Of a stretch of 47,425 nt of DNA, positions 9,301 to 19,288 are shown one piece after another. Position 1 is the stretch's first letter, and each line of letters begins with the position of its first letter. Where the stretch lies: positions 1-47,425 of IMG/VR virus record IMGVR_UViG_3300043411_000433. The stretch is one strand, 5' to 3'. The DNA comes from a virus. Taxonomy: Duplodnaviria; Caudoviricetes. A program made the translations under genes and the position numbers. The notes beneath the pieces were generated by a model. That model saw nothing but the letters and a program-made list of their open reading frames with translations, did not search any database and was not told where the DNA came from.

Positions 9301-12079
9301 CGTCTTTGGCGTAATAATGCCGCGGCAGCATGCTCTTCTGCAAATCCGTCAGGTCATCGGCTCTGAGCGGATACCTTTGCTTGAGCTTCTGCCCCTGCAA
9401 TTCACCAGAACCAACCAGAAGATCAACAGCCACATCAGGACGTTGGCGAATATCTGAGTCCACCTGTTTGCGAATCTCCTTCGCATTTTCCTTCCATTCT
9501 TTGGTCTGGGTGGCTTTTTGCTCGCGTTCGGCCTGCTTGATCGCAGCCTGCAAATCTTCCTCATGCCGCTTCGCGATCATCTCTTGCATTTTCTTGAAAG
9601 ATTTAGAATCAAGCCCAGCAGCTTCTGCACGGAGATTGTTCATGCGTTCATCAATCGCCATCATAGGTTCAGGTTGAACCCCGTTCATACGATCTTTCAA
9701 GCTCCGCTGCCCGACCTCGCCAGAATACGCCTTTTCAAACAACTCATCAAACGTTGGTTCTCGTCCGAGAATCTCAGCGAATTTAGACTTGATCGACTGC
9801 AAGAAATCCCAAAGCTTTTGGAAGGCTTGCGTTACCAGCGTCTGCGGATGATTAACCGAATCCTTCGTCGCGGCCCAATCGCGGAACGCCTCAGCAATTG
9901 CTTCCTCTTTCAGATACTCTGGCTTATCCGTTAGATCGCCATAACGCTCTTTAATCCCATACCGCTCGATCCAACCTTCGGTATCAACCGCTTTCGACAG
10001 CGCTGCCCATTCAGCCGGCTCAAACAACCCTTGCCGGTACAACGCGTGGATCGCTTCATGATGCGCGATTCCCTTTGCATCGGGGCTAAGCATGTCGATC
10101 AGAATCTGCGGGCGCAGGCCGGGAAGGTATGTTCCGGTGATTGGTTTATCTGTCGCCGAGTGCGCGATACCAGCGGTCGGTACAAACTCCGTCGACGGCG
10201 TAATTCGCGCAAGTTCGCTGCGAACTGCCTCAGTCAGGGCCTGCTCATTCTGACGATAAAGTTCTTTCGGAAGAACAAAGCCTTCGACACCATGATCAAA
10301 CTGGCGCATGTAGGCGCTATCGAACATGCCTTTCATGGAATCATAGTCACCAGCAAGATCGTCAACATGCAACGCAACTACCGGATTGGACTTCTCCTTC
10401 TCCGTCCAAACGCCAGATTTCTCCCGCGCTCCAGAAACCCGATGCCCAGTGATACTTTCATAATCCGGATACGCTTCCTTAAGCTGCCGTTTAATATCTC
10501 GCATCAAGCTAGGCCCGAATGCATTTGAATACAGCCCACCAAGGCCATTGATCATATTTACATACAGCTGTTTCTTCGCCGGATCAGGCAGAATGCTTAT
10601 CTCACCGATTGGCTTGCCGTTCTGATCTAGCATTTGCCATTCATGGAAATTGCCAAACTCAGCCGGTTTAGTTGCATTGATATAAGCCTGTTGCCCATAG
10701 ACCCCAAGCCCATCCCAATCAACGCCATGTAGCTCAGCAACCGCACGAGGGTCCATACCGACATATGGACCTTGCGGCTGTGTTTCTTCGGTGAGGCGTT
10801 TGAGAGTTAGCTTCCGATCCCCGATGCTAAAAACCGGCTCAGTTGCCATTGCATCACGAACCTGCGCAAGCGGGGCATCAACAACCGATCGCGGTTCGCC
10901 GGCCAGCTTCGATTCATTCTTAGTAATTGCACCCGGCCACGTGCGCATATCGTCGTGAAAGTCCTTAGCAACCGTCGGGTCCATCTCCGTTAACCAGTCT
11001 TTCAGCGGAATGCGAACATCCTCACCGAAGGTCCGCGCAGCTTCGAGTTTATCCGCGATCCCCGGAAGCCAGCCAAAGAGATTGTCGCCAGCTTCGGGAA
11101 TGCGATCGCCGTACAATGCCACGATTCGATCCGCAGAAATTCCGATCGTCGAGTCCTCAACATGCTGCTCGACAAAGTTCCGGAATAACTCGCCGTCACG
11201 ATCCTTGGTCAGCGATTTCTGGGCCTCGGTCAGCGCGTCGTTAATCCGATCCACATTGATCTTATTAACATCCACTTTCATCTTATCAATCAGCGGATGA
11301 ACCCCAACCGGCGGCTCAAGTCCAACCTTAGTCCACGGCTTAGCCGCTTCAACTGCTTCCTGAAACCGAACGATCTTGCCCACGGTCTGATCCGGGTGTA
11401 TAAGCCCCGAGCCACCGCGGCCCATTTCAGACTCGACAATCCCCCGGCCTTCGCGTTTGGCAGACTCGATCGCGGACTCGTCATACCCGGCCGACTTTGC
11501 AAGTTGCCCAGCGAACTCACCAGCACCGCCCATTGCACCGCCAGCAATCGCGTTTAGACCTCGTAGCGGAATTCCAAGAAACTCCCACGCGGCCTTGGAC
11601 CACGGATTGTAATGCTCTGGGATTTGAAGCGGAGGGTGTGCAGCGCCTTCTAGCGCACCCCACGCAGCGCCTTTGATACCCTCCCAAATCGGTGAGGCAA
11701 CGAACTGATGGAAGTAGGAGCGATCTTGGGAGAGCTTGAGAAGCTCGGCTTTTTGGGAGAAGTTATCGAGATTGCCGTAGTCATCGTTCGAAACCACGTC
11801 CGCGAGTTTGTTCCCGCGAATGTACGCTGCGATGTAATCGTTGTTTTTAACGATGCTACTCGTCAGCCGCTGCTTGTGATCTTGCTCAAACCCATCGAGG
11901 TCCGAATGAATTACCTCCGGGGCAACGCCAGTCGAACGCGACAACGCCAGAGCCCGCGCACCATCATCCGGGTTTTCACCCAGCGACGTAACCGCCTTAG
12001 TCGGCGCGATGGAATTAAACTGCGGGACAATGTCGTCATAGACATTATCCACCGTCGGCAGCTTATCAATATCGCTCAT
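6323..12079 (-). CDS. Large internal virion / DNA ejection protein (T7 gp16 position) with a zincin-like HExxH region, 1918 aa
   Basis: Size, helical composition and position as the last ejection gene; internal HHEAIHAL and EEAIAEAF motifs. Confidence 0.75.
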   Translation of the reverse strand: MSDIDKLPTVDNVYDDIVPQFNSIAPTKAVTSLGENPDDGARALALSRSTGVAPEVIHSDLDGFEQDHKQRLTSSIVKNNDYIAAYIRGNKLADVVSNDDYGNLDNFSQKAELLKLSQDRSYFHQFVASPIWEGIKGAAWGALEGAAHPPLQIPEHYNPWSKAAWEFLGIPLRGLNAIAGGAMGGAGEFAGQLAKSAGYDESAIESAKREGRGIVESEMGRGGSGLIHPDQTVGKIVRFQEAVEAAKPWTKVGLEPPVGVHPLIDKMKVDVNKINVDRINDALTEAQKSLTKDRDGELFRNFVEQHVEDSTIGISADRIVALYGDRIPEAGDNLFGWLPGIADKLEAARTFGEDVRIPLKDWLTEMDPTVAKDFHDDMRTWPGAITKNESKLAGEPRSVVDAPLAQVRDAMATEPVFSIGDRKLTLKRLTEETQPQGPYVGMDPRAVAELHGVDWDGLGVYGQQAYINATKPAEFGNFHEWQMLDQNGKPIGEISILPDPAKKQLYVNMINGLGGLYSNAFGPSLMRDIKRQLKEAYPDYESITGHRVSGAREKSGVWTEKEKSNPVVALHVDDLAGDYDSMKGMFDSAYMRQFDHGVEGFVLPKELYRQNEQALTEAVRSELARITPSTEFVPTAGIAHSATDKPITGTYLPGLRPQILIDMLSPDAKGIAHHEAIHALYRQGLFEPAEWAALSKAVDTEGWIERYGIKERYGDLTDKPEYLKEEAIAEAFRDWAATKDSVNHPQTLVTQAFQKLWDFLQSIKSKFAEILGREPTFDELFEKAYSGEVGQRSLKDRMNGVQPEPMMAIDERMNNLRAEAAGLDSKSFKKMQEMIAKRHEEDLQAAIKQAEREQKATQTKEWKENAKEIRKQVDSDIRQRPDVAVDLLVGSGELQGQKLKQRYPLRADDLTDLQKSMLPRHYYAKDGLPVDGVANMFGFHSGDAMIDKLVEYRADKADMTAQERLAATIKEEIDKRMEAQFGKLQDNIMAEAMDQALSETNLNILAEEWQGAAMKAGVATVDKDVAKSAALDMFSKMKIGEVSLDRTMAAMGRFGRDAERKLIAGDNAGALVDMQRKYMTGLIAAETRKLQKEQASFDKIAKQFSKREVSSMDPEYTNYVHDILMRVGKPVRRSIQDLQANIAASESKSLPEFLLNKTSQLREVPVWDQLLDSAWRKDLSELSVDEFRAVNDSVKTLVHNGRDEMKLTRAGEAEDFAAIKEQMINAIAESKAGEAREAKPRGAVRKLPMQYYVQHLQMENILGRWDDFDSKGVWTQFVMRDLIDGANQVDAWKKEYAEKIKNLGNPPNLERTVDNKLFRDQDTGTMIPMTRKNLIAVMLNTGNDGNLVKMSRGYGLDPHQVMDWVHEHATPADWKYVQGVWDTFKDIKQKSDTMYRSLTGGVAPESIVTRPVMDPMGNKVAEGGYYPVIFHPEMEGASKKLMGPNALEEQNYVRATTPAGYTKSRTGYVAPLALDMDAMPGRISQMLHDIGLRPAVLNASKVFYDKDIRSAVRKFYGDEYRETLIPYLRGVANASNYMDKNQMAMTRASEFIRQNMITTLVGLNPGTVMKHGPTAAMLSIKEVGGVDFAKAVKSMFSINDVTGESNWQFAIKNSLELQRRDRNWQETLYGATAGLTPGEKFEPWRQRIMEWSSKPVALSDMISAVPTWIARYEKELNAGASHGDAVFEADRSVRRAHGSTAPTNRTAMQRNFSPWMTSIYNFWSEIMNRQMETLWRAGRAVDAVKEGDKAAAMAQGKYIIGAGFAFVIWPAIVENMVSPHPHKEDDSWAKKAGTQLMYTLGSSWVGVRDIAAGLSFGRDPQFGLTGTTYQTMSNLWRDFNKPGVMSNENRGKLLQDGATLMGALTGMVPAQVGKAARFAHDVNVGKENPRNAWQWLVGLRYGTTQNHSQSFEQYMRGH

Positions 12080-14253
12080 TGGGACCTCGGTACGGTAGGA
12101 GTTTCGGACTCCTGAGCCTTTTTCTTTCCGTAGAATAGATTGAATTCCCGGGCTTGTTTGGCCGCGTAGATGGATTGGATTTCGCGATCAATCGGAACTA
12201 CGCCCTTGCTGCGTTTGTACGCTTCAATAATCTGCTTCCGATCATCCTCAGGCACCGGAGTGCGGAAGGCTTCATTCTGCCCCGAAAGCATTCCAAATGG
12301 ACCCCAAGGCTGTGTTGTCTTACGCAGCAAACTCGCGCCCATCTTCTTAATATCATCATCATTCAACGGTTTGCCGTCTTGCATCTTATCCTGCATCATA
12401 CTATGCAGCGCGCCTTGGAACACAAAATAATCATCCTTAGACGACTTCTTCGACACCCCGGCCGCATCAAGCATAGGTGCAAGCAGGCCCATAGCATGAC
12501 CCAGCGCTGGATTCTTCTGGGTATTTTTAAACACCGCCATCCGTTGCTTGGCGATGTCTTGCTTCCATTTCCAAGGCATTTCGAGATTGTTCACATCAGT
12601 ATCCAGCAACTCCTTGGTTGCCTCCTCGCCGCGGGTAGGATCATTTGCGATGCCCATCAACCGTTGATACTGCCGGGTATTCTCAGGCGTCTCGGCGTAA
12701 CCATTCCGAGTGTTCTGCATCAGGATTTTGTCAATCTGACGCTGTTTCTTTACCCCAGAATTCATATACGCATCGCGCGCATCAGGCCCCATTTCGTCGA
12801 CTGATGTTGGGAGTTTGCCGTCTGGGCCGGGTCCGACTGCTTCGAGCATTGTGTTCTGTCGATCGTATTCATCCTGCCGAGCAAGCTGCTGATCATGCGA
12901 ATGCTGAACGCGAACTCGGTTGGTGAAAGTCTGCGCAAATTCTGCATCACCCGGCGCAAGTTGTTCGGCTCGGGCCTTAGCCGCGGACTCGAGCTGAGTT
13001 CCATTGGTTTGTTTAAGCAAACCAGCGCGGAACTTCTGTTGATACTCTGTAGCAGAGGTACCACCGTCATTTGCATCTGGTTTCGGATCAGGTCGCCCGG
13101 TGAACCAAACATTCGCGGCCTTGTTTGCCGAGCCATGTTCTTTCATCATCTGGCCGAACTTGAATTCAAACAACCGATCCTGCGCGTCGTGGTCGTTAAG
13201 AAATTGCTGCTCGCTCATTGCAGGCATCCCGGCTTCCTTAAGCCAAGGTTGCAGGTTTGATTGCATGATGCCATAGGCACCGAGGGCATGTTCGGTAATC
13301 ATCTGACCATTTACACGATGCGTTACATCAGGATGCTTTGGGTTATAATTTCCGCTACTTTCGATTTGTTTAATTGCCGTTGCCGCAGACTGAATATTCA
13401 CAGGTCCATCGCCAATGCCCGGCGTAGCTTCGCCAGCCATGAACTTTGCCGATTCATTTCGGCTCATGACGTTGTCTTTTTGGCTGCGGATGTAGGTAGT
13501 AAGCTTCCCTGCAGTTTCGCTATCCACAAGGTTCTTACTCACCGCGCTGTCTAGCATTTTCTGTGCAGCAATCGGGTCCTTGTTCGCCAACGCTTGTGCC
13601 CGGGTGTATACCGTGGCTGAGTTCATCTTATCAAGATAATTCTTTGTCTGGGTTTCATCCCAGCCCATATACTGGCCCATGGCCTTGGACTGGCTTTCAT
13701 TCGTGGCCAAAGCGTTGTTGTAGGTTTCATCGGATTCTGGATTTGCACCGGCCGACCGGGCAGCAGAATCAACTGCGGCTTGGGTTGAGCCTTTCAGGTA
13801 ATTCTTAAACTGATCGCCTGCATGCTTGGCCGCGGAGAAGAAAACTCGAGTTTGCGACGCGCGAGATTCCTGCTGATACATCTTTCGAGCGTAATCAGAC
13901 TCAAGTCCTTGCCCGATCTGGGCATGAATATCCATAACCTGCTGCTTAAACGTAGGCAGCATAGCCATCGCCTTTCGGCCCTCAAGTGTCGAGAATTGAG
14001 CATATGCGTCTGAGACTTTATCAGCCGCGTCGGCGTTTGCATTCAGCGCCTTGGTCTGCTGATCTAGCTGTTGCAGCGCGATCGCCCGGTTCCAAAGCTC
14101 GCCGCCTGCCTCACCGAAGCCTTTCCCAAGCTGCCCAATCCCCTGCGCGCTGGCTGCACCGAATGCACCAGCGGGAACATCAGCCCGAACCTCTGGCGTG
14201 GCGCTGAACTGCGGGCTTATCTCAGGAACACCAGAATATGGAACCTGTGCCAT
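12076..14253 (-). CDS. Internal virion protein with lysozyme-like / lytic transglycosylase domain
   Basis: Position between the gp14-like and gp16-like genes; AIKQIESSGNY...ALGAYGIM motif. Confidence 0.75.
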   Translation of the reverse strand: MAQVPYSGVPEISPQFSATPEVRADVPAGAFGAASAQGIGQLGKGFGEAGGELWNRAIALQQLDQQTKALNANADAADKVSDAYAQFSTLEGRKAMAMLPTFKQQVMDIHAQIGQGLESDYARKMYQQESRASQTRVFFSAAKHAGDQFKNYLKGSTQAAVDSAARSAGANPESDETYNNALATNESQSKAMGQYMGWDETQTKNYLDKMNSATVYTRAQALANKDPIAAQKMLDSAVSKNLVDSETAGKLTTYIRSQKDNVMSRNESAKFMAGEATPGIGDGPVNIQSAATAIKQIESSGNYNPKHPDVTHRVNGQMITEHALGAYGIMQSNLQPWLKEAGMPAMSEQQFLNDHDAQDRLFEFKFGQMMKEHGSANKAANVWFTGRPDPKPDANDGGTSATEYQQKFRAGLLKQTNGTQLESAAKARAEQLAPGDAEFAQTFTNRVRVQHSHDQQLARQDEYDRQNTMLEAVGPGPDGKLPTSVDEMGPDARDAYMNSGVKKQRQIDKILMQNTRNGYAETPENTRQYQRLMGIANDPTRGEEATKELLDTDVNNLEMPWKWKQDIAKQRMAVFKNTQKNPALGHAMGLLAPMLDAAGVSKKSSKDDYFVFQGALHSMMQDKMQDGKPLNDDDIKKMGASLLRKTTQPWGPFGMLSGQNEAFRTPVPEDDRKQIIEAYKRSKGVVPIDREIQSIYAAKQAREFNLFYGKKKAQESETPTVPRSQ

Positions 14254-14873
14254 TATTCTTCCCCGCCGTCTTTGCTATACTTCCACCACTGGAGCGGGTC
14301 GCCCTCGCCACCACCAGCCCCGGCTACGTTGCCCTTGCCCCAGAGACCAAGCTGGGAGCCTTGCAACCACTTCGATGCAACCGAGCCCGCGGTACCAACG
14401 ATAGAACCAACCGCGCCAAGTCGGCCTGCGGCAAGTGCATCGCGCCCGGCGGACTCGTAGCCTCGGGCTTTGTTTGCGTCATTGCTCGCAGCCACGCGAT
14501 AGTCATATGCAGTCTTGGCCGCAGATTCGCGGATTGTGTCCATGTCCATCTTTGACACAAGATGTTGTGAACCTTGAACCTCTTTTGCTGAGCCTGAACC
14601 AACAGCGACCCCGGATGCACCTTGCGCGGCCACGATTTGGCCCATACGCTGTGCACCAGCCATACCGGCGCGTTCAGCTTTTTGCTCGCCGATGCTCTCA
14701 GCATAGTTAGCATTCTGCTGATTGATTTGGTAATTCTGCCACGCCATGCTTGATTGATATCGAGCCTGCGCAGCCGAAGCATCGCCGCCGCGGAGGGAGC
14801 TTATCGCGGACATGCCGCCGCTGGCAATCGAACCGGCAAGGCCAATACTACCGAGTGTAAATGGATCAGCCAT
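14253..14873 (-). CDS. Internal virion protein (T7 gp14-like)
   Basis: MADPFTLG start, Ala/Gly/Gln-rich, AAQGASGV motif, canonical position. Confidence 0.75.
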   Translation of the reverse strand: MADPFTLGSIGLAGSIASGGMSAISSLRGGDASAAQARYQSSMAWQNYQINQQNANYAESIGEQKAERAGMAGAQRMGQIVAAQGASGVAVGSGSAKEVQGSQHLVSKMDMDTIRESAAKTAYDYRVAASNDANKARGYESAGRDALAAGRLGAVGSIVGTAGSVASKWLQGSQLGLWGKGNVAGAGGGEGDPLQWWKYSKDGGEE

Positions 14874-15250
14874 CAGGCTCTCCGAATTTCAAAGACATCA
14901 TCGGTGATAAATTCCGCACCAAGGGTTTCAAGCCATCGGCGGGAGTTACCAGAAAAGCAATGCCCGATTAGTTTTTCATAGACTTCCAGCGCCCGGCGGA
15001 TTACAACCCGAGCATGTCGACCGAAGATAAGCTTATGCGCGCTGGCCGCAGGAGTTGCATGCAGCCAGATATAAGCTTCCTCGGAAATAAAGCTCCGCGG
15101 GATGAATCCAACCACGCAGAGAACTTCGTCACCGATCCGGCCTACAAGAAGCTGCCGGGAGAGTTTGACCGCGTCCAGCATTGCTGAATCCATTCCTGGA
15201 AGCAGGAACTGCAATTGCGCTGGGGTCACCTGATGAATCTCACCGATCAT
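14873..15250 (-). CDS. GNAT-fold-like virion assembly protein (T7 gp13 position)
   Basis: About 125 aa between nozzle and gp14-like genes; AYIWL and SRRWLETLGAEF motifs. ATG 15250 taken as the likely start. Confidence 0.6.
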   Translation of the reverse strand: MIGEIHQVTPAQLQFLLPGMDSAMLDAVKLSRQLLVGRIGDEVLCVVGFIPRSFISEEAYIWLHATPAASAHKLIFGRHARVVIRRALEVYEKLIGHCFSGNSRRWLETLGAEFITDDVFEIRRA

Positions 15251-18056
15251 CGCCAAGTACAATCTCCGGGAATAGGCCAGTGATAGTGGCAGGAAGCGGG
15301 TCTGTCTGGGCTATGCAGTATTGACCTGGTACGGTGTAGGTTGGAGCAAGCGCGGAGAAGGCATTACCGGTTACAAGCCCGGTTACAATTTGCGACTGCA
15401 AACCAGTGGCCATGCCTGAGACTTTGCCAACCACAAGATCATTAATCGCGACCAAGTGATCAAAATCGGGTCCGATCTTGAGTCCAAGAGTATCAGCCAC
15501 GCGCAGGTTAACTCCTGTGATCTTCTTAAGCTTACCTTGGATAGAAGGGTCGCCAATGTCAATACCGAGAGTCTGGAGCTTGCAGGTAAAGCCTAGGCCG
15601 ATAGTGACCTTGGACGCAGGAGTTGATAGTGTAAAGGTGCCATCGGCAGACACTGTAAATGGCGGGATTACGACGCCATCAGCAAGGCCAGTGACAACTG
15701 TCCCAGCAAGGTGTCTGGCTCCAGAGAAGTTGGTTGCAGGAGCACCATCATATTGCAAACCTGCATCAACAGTCCATGCATCAGCTACGCCATTCGGGAA
15801 CGAGCGTTCGGCGAAACGTTCGATATGCTGGGCAGTCTCGCCACCCATGGTACGCTCGACAATGGTGTAAACTGCGTCGACGGTGCCTGCGGTTGAGGTT
15901 ACCTCGGTGACGGTCGCGGTGGATTTGAAGCTTCCATTGGTGACGTAATGAGACCAGCCAACGAAATCTTGTTCCTTGAGGAAGGTCAGAGACAGCATCA
16001 CACCATCGCTGCGGATGGCTTGTACAAGATAGAACGGCTGCTCGGCCCAGCACCATTCTTGCACATCATAGCCGTAGAACAAATGCGATGCAATTGTGGA
16101 GATGTCTGTGCCGGTGAAGGTATTGAAGTAGATGTTGTAGGACAAATCGCGAATGGCCGAGCCTTTAGACTGGACATAGAGAATGTCATAGTTGGTCACA
16201 ATCGGCGGCACATCGCTTGCGCCAACCCAAGACTGCGGATTGGCCACGATGGCAGACGGGGTGATTGCAGAGCCAGCCTGACCGCCGTTGACGACCCACG
16301 AGGCTTTGTCGGTAAGGACCAACATACCCGACGATGCCGAGACAATTGCCTTGATAGAATTCAGCACCCCAGAGACAATCGTGCCGGAGATGGAGTCAGT
16401 AGCCTGAGATGGTCTGGAGATGTCGAAGTTAAAGTACTGCCCCGGCTTCGAGAGGAAGAACGACTGAGGCGCGCCAACAAGTCCAGCAAGAACCAGACGC
16501 TGCTGGAAGAACCCTGGGACAGTCGGGAAGCCATTGGAAGTGGCGGACAGATATGCAGTCGCAGCCGCAGCGCCGGAGGAGAAGATCACAGTCGGAGCCA
16601 CAGAGAAACCAGCACCCGCGCCAGTGATGATCACCGCGCCGACACCCCATGTAGCCGTGGCTGTTGCGCCAACGCCAATTCCAGAGGTCAGGACCTGAGC
16701 ATTGGGATTGGCAGGAGTTGATCCAGAAGTCACCGCGCCGGGGTTAGTCACAACCCAGCCAGTAATTACACCAGCCGCGACAGTTGAAACCTGCACGACG
16801 AATCCGCCGGAGAATTGGATCGTGTCGCCAACAACATAACCCGCACCACCAGCGGTGATTGCCGGGGTGCCTTGGACTTGCAGCTGCGCGATTGCTGTGG
16901 CGAGGACTGTGGGTGAGCCAGAGAAGGTGACTGATGGGACAGTGGTATAGGCCCCAGGAGCAGTGACTGTAACGTGGTCAATGCCTGTGCCAATGAATGG
17001 ATTTTTGGAAATCGGCGGGGTTTGAGTGAAGTCCGCTGCGATATTGGTGTCGATGAATTCGGTTCCTGTGCAGGTTCCGATGAAGCCGTATTGAACACCA
17101 GAAGGCACCACGCCGAAATAGGAGGCTGTGGCTTCGTAGATGTTATAGGCAGTTGCGTTTAGGACTGATGACCAACTGACCTTGTTAGACATCGGAACGA
17201 TTTTGATATTTCGCGCGGTCAATGATGTTGGCGTGGCCATCGATGATTCTTGGCCGCCAGCGTCGATTGCAGTAACGGTGTAAGAATAGTTAATTGGGAC
17301 TTCACCAACCACAGGTGGCGCGGTGGTGGATACAGCGACACCGATCGGGGCAATAACAGTCGAGCCCACGGTGATTGCAGCCAAGGTCCAGTTGGTTGCG
17401 GTCACAAGGGTCAGGGAGTACGCTGGATAGCTCGGATGACAAAGAATCATCCGGTTCACTGACTGAGCGAATTTGACCAAGCGCAGATTGTCGGTGACCT
17501 TGTATGGACTAGTAATGGTATAAATGCGTTTGGTTGTCCCGCCGGAAGTCCAGGTTCCCCAGGTAGTGGAGTTGACCGCGGAACCATCGAGATAGGCGAG
17601 GGTGATGTTGTTACCGGCCACTGCGGTGATTTTGTAATACGCCGCGTTAATCTGGGTCATACCCAGTACGCCGGAGATATAGACCCAATCACCAACGGAA
17701 TAGCTGTGACCGGGTACAGTTACTACGCAAGGATTGGCTTTGGTGATTGCAGTGATCGCGATTCCAGTTTCAAGGATCGGTGATCCTTGATAGTAGAACC
17801 GCATATACTGGTCGCCGAGTTCAATGATGTACCCGACGTTGAAGCTGGCTTGGAAGTTAATCAGCCTCGCGCCAGTTTTGTACGTCTGCATGATCCACTT
17901 CGTACCAGTGCGGGTGCTGGCCCCGCCACGATAATCAACGAAGAAGTTCTCCAGTAGCGCCGCGCCAGATTTATATTTCGCAAGATCAACTCGCGAGAAG
18001 AGCTTCGGGCTCCACTCGCCAGAGTTGAATGATGCTTGGACTACAACGTCAGACAT
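15240..18056 (-). CDS. Tail tubular protein B (nozzle) with inserted FCCH-like and GGxGY domains
   Basis: N-terminal QASFNSGEWSPKLFSRVD, FFQQRLVLAG, FAQSVNRMILCHP; ITAITKANPCVVT insertion. Confidence 0.85.
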   Translation of the reverse strand: MSDVVVQASFNSGEWSPKLFSRVDLAKYKSGAALLENFFVDYRGGASTRTGTKWIMQTYKTGARLINFQASFNVGYIIELGDQYMRFYYQGSPILETGIAITAITKANPCVVTVPGHSYSVGDWVYISGVLGMTQINAAYYKITAVAGNNITLAYLDGSAVNSTTWGTWTSGGTTKRIYTITSPYKVTDNLRLVKFAQSVNRMILCHPSYPAYSLTLVTATNWTLAAITVGSTVIAPIGVAVSTTAPPVVGEVPINYSYTVTAIDAGGQESSMATPTSLTARNIKIVPMSNKVSWSSVLNATAYNIYEATASYFGVVPSGVQYGFIGTCTGTEFIDTNIAADFTQTPPISKNPFIGTGIDHVTVTAPGAYTTVPSVTFSGSPTVLATAIAQLQVQGTPAITAGGAGYVVGDTIQFSGGFVVQVSTVAAGVITGWVVTNPGAVTSGSTPANPNAQVLTSGIGVGATATATWGVGAVIITGAGAGFSVAPTVIFSSGAAAATAYLSATSNGFPTVPGFFQQRLVLAGLVGAPQSFFLSKPGQYFNFDISRPSQATDSISGTIVSGVLNSIKAIVSASSGMLVLTDKASWVVNGGQAGSAITPSAIVANPQSWVGASDVPPIVTNYDILYVQSKGSAIRDLSYNIYFNTFTGTDISTIASHLFYGYDVQEWCWAEQPFYLVQAIRSDGVMLSLTFLKEQDFVGWSHYVTNGSFKSTATVTEVTSTAGTVDAVYTIVERTMGGETAQHIERFAERSFPNGVADAWTVDAGLQYDGAPATNFSGARHLAGTVVTGLADGVVIPPFTVSADGTFTLSTPASKVTIGLGFTCKLQTLGIDIGDPSIQGKLKKITGVNLRVADTLGLKIGPDFDHLVAINDLVVGKVSGMATGLQSQIVTGLVTGNAFSALAPTYTVPGQYCIAQTDPLPATITGLFPEIVLGDDR

Positions 18057-18059
18057 GGT

Positions 18060-19145
18060 TCATCCGAAGTTTGGCCACATGCTGCCCCAGTCGAAACCAG
18101 TGTATGGGCCAGAGTATTGTGTTCCGAAGTCGACACCGCGGATACGAATCCAATCCGGGGTTACATCGTTGATGGTGAGGCCTTCGTTTGCATCGGCTGC
18201 GCGGGCTTGGCCAATAGCGATGTTGGCTTCATCGATCGCCATCTTGATGAGTTTCTTATCGCCGGATAGCGCGTTGGCGATGGTTGCTCCGACGATGCGT
18301 ACATAGGCTTCGATGAACAAGTCATCAAGCACATTCGGATCAATGATATCACAGACATAAACCAAAATCGCGAATTCTTGATTCGTCAGAATCACTCGTT
18401 GCTTAGCCGCCGAGCCAAAGGTAAGAGTGAAAGTTGCTCCGGTCCCAGAACCTGTGCTTGAACCTTGGGCCACTGGATTTGCTTGGGCTGCAAAATAGCT
18501 ACCGCCGATTGCTGTGTCTCCGGGGAGAATAGAGACAACTGATACGGTTGTGATGGTTCCGCCGCCTCCGATAATTTCGACGCGGAGTTGGCAAGGCGCT
18601 CCGATTGGAGCTTGAGACGAGTTGCCACTTGCAAGAGTGATGATATCACCGACTGCATAACCTGTTCCTCCGTTGGCGACCGTAGCCGCGGTTACAGGAA
18701 TGAATGTATCAGTCTGGACTTTATATTTAACCGGCGGGCCAACCCAGTTGCTGGGGGCACCACCTGTGACTGCCGTGGTGATCGGGACACCGCCGGAGAA
18801 TCCGGTTTGCTGAGAGGGGATGATCCAACAGGCGCGAAGGCAGTCGACGGGGTATTGGTACTCATACGCCCAAGGCGGGGTAGGCTGCCCCGGGGTCCAG
18901 AGATTCGTAGCAACAGATGTGTTCTCTGGAGTACCCGGGACAGATGTGATGTAGACGAGATTTGCGGTTTTAAGCCCGCAGTCCCACGGAGCCATGCGAA
19001 GAAGCTGGCGGCGAATTGGGATCAAGCAGAGGTTTGCTTGAATCGCTTCGTTGGTGGAATTTGTTGCGAGCTCCACGTCGGACACCGTGGTACGAGTGCC
19101 TACAACCTGCAAAGCTCGATTCACGATGTCCGTAAGTGTGGTCAT
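18060..19145 (-). CDS. Tail tubular protein A (adaptor) with an inserted beta domain
   Basis: TDIVNRALQVVG, LLRMAPW, WAYEYQYPVDCLR and DDLFIEA motifs; directly upstream of the nozzle gene. Confidence 0.8.
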   Translation of the reverse strand: MTTLTDIVNRALQVVGTRTTVSDVELATNSTNEAIQANLCLIPIRRQLLRMAPWDCGLKTANLVYITSVPGTPENTSVATNLWTPGQPTPPWAYEYQYPVDCLRACWIIPSQQTGFSGGVPITTAVTGGAPSNWVGPPVKYKVQTDTFIPVTAATVANGGTGYAVGDIITLASGNSSQAPIGAPCQLRVEIIGGGGTITTVSVVSILPGDTAIGGSYFAAQANPVAQGSSTGSGTGATFTLTFGSAAKQRVILTNQEFAILVYVCDIIDPNVLDDLFIEAYVRIVGATIANALSGDKKLIKMAIDEANIAIGQARAADANEGLTINDVTPDWIRIRGVDFGTQYSGPYTGFDWGSMWPNFG

Positions 19146-19288
19146 TAGCGCTTGCCTTGGGTTCCGGATTTGCCGTGATTAGTACCGCCGAGGCCGGGAC
19201 CCTGACGCATCTGGCCGGTTGGGCCTACAGGCGGGGAATACGGCAGGTCTTTCTTTTCGGGTTTACCGCCGTCGCGAGTATTGGCCAT
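19145..19288 (-). CDS. Gly/Lys/Pro-rich microprotein, 47 aa
   Basis: AAGGA SD; TAATG coupling on both sides; ends NHGKSGTQGKR. Confidence 0.6.
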   Translation of the reverse strand: MANTRDGGKPEKKDLPYSPPVGPTGQMRQGPGLGGTNHGKSGTQGKR

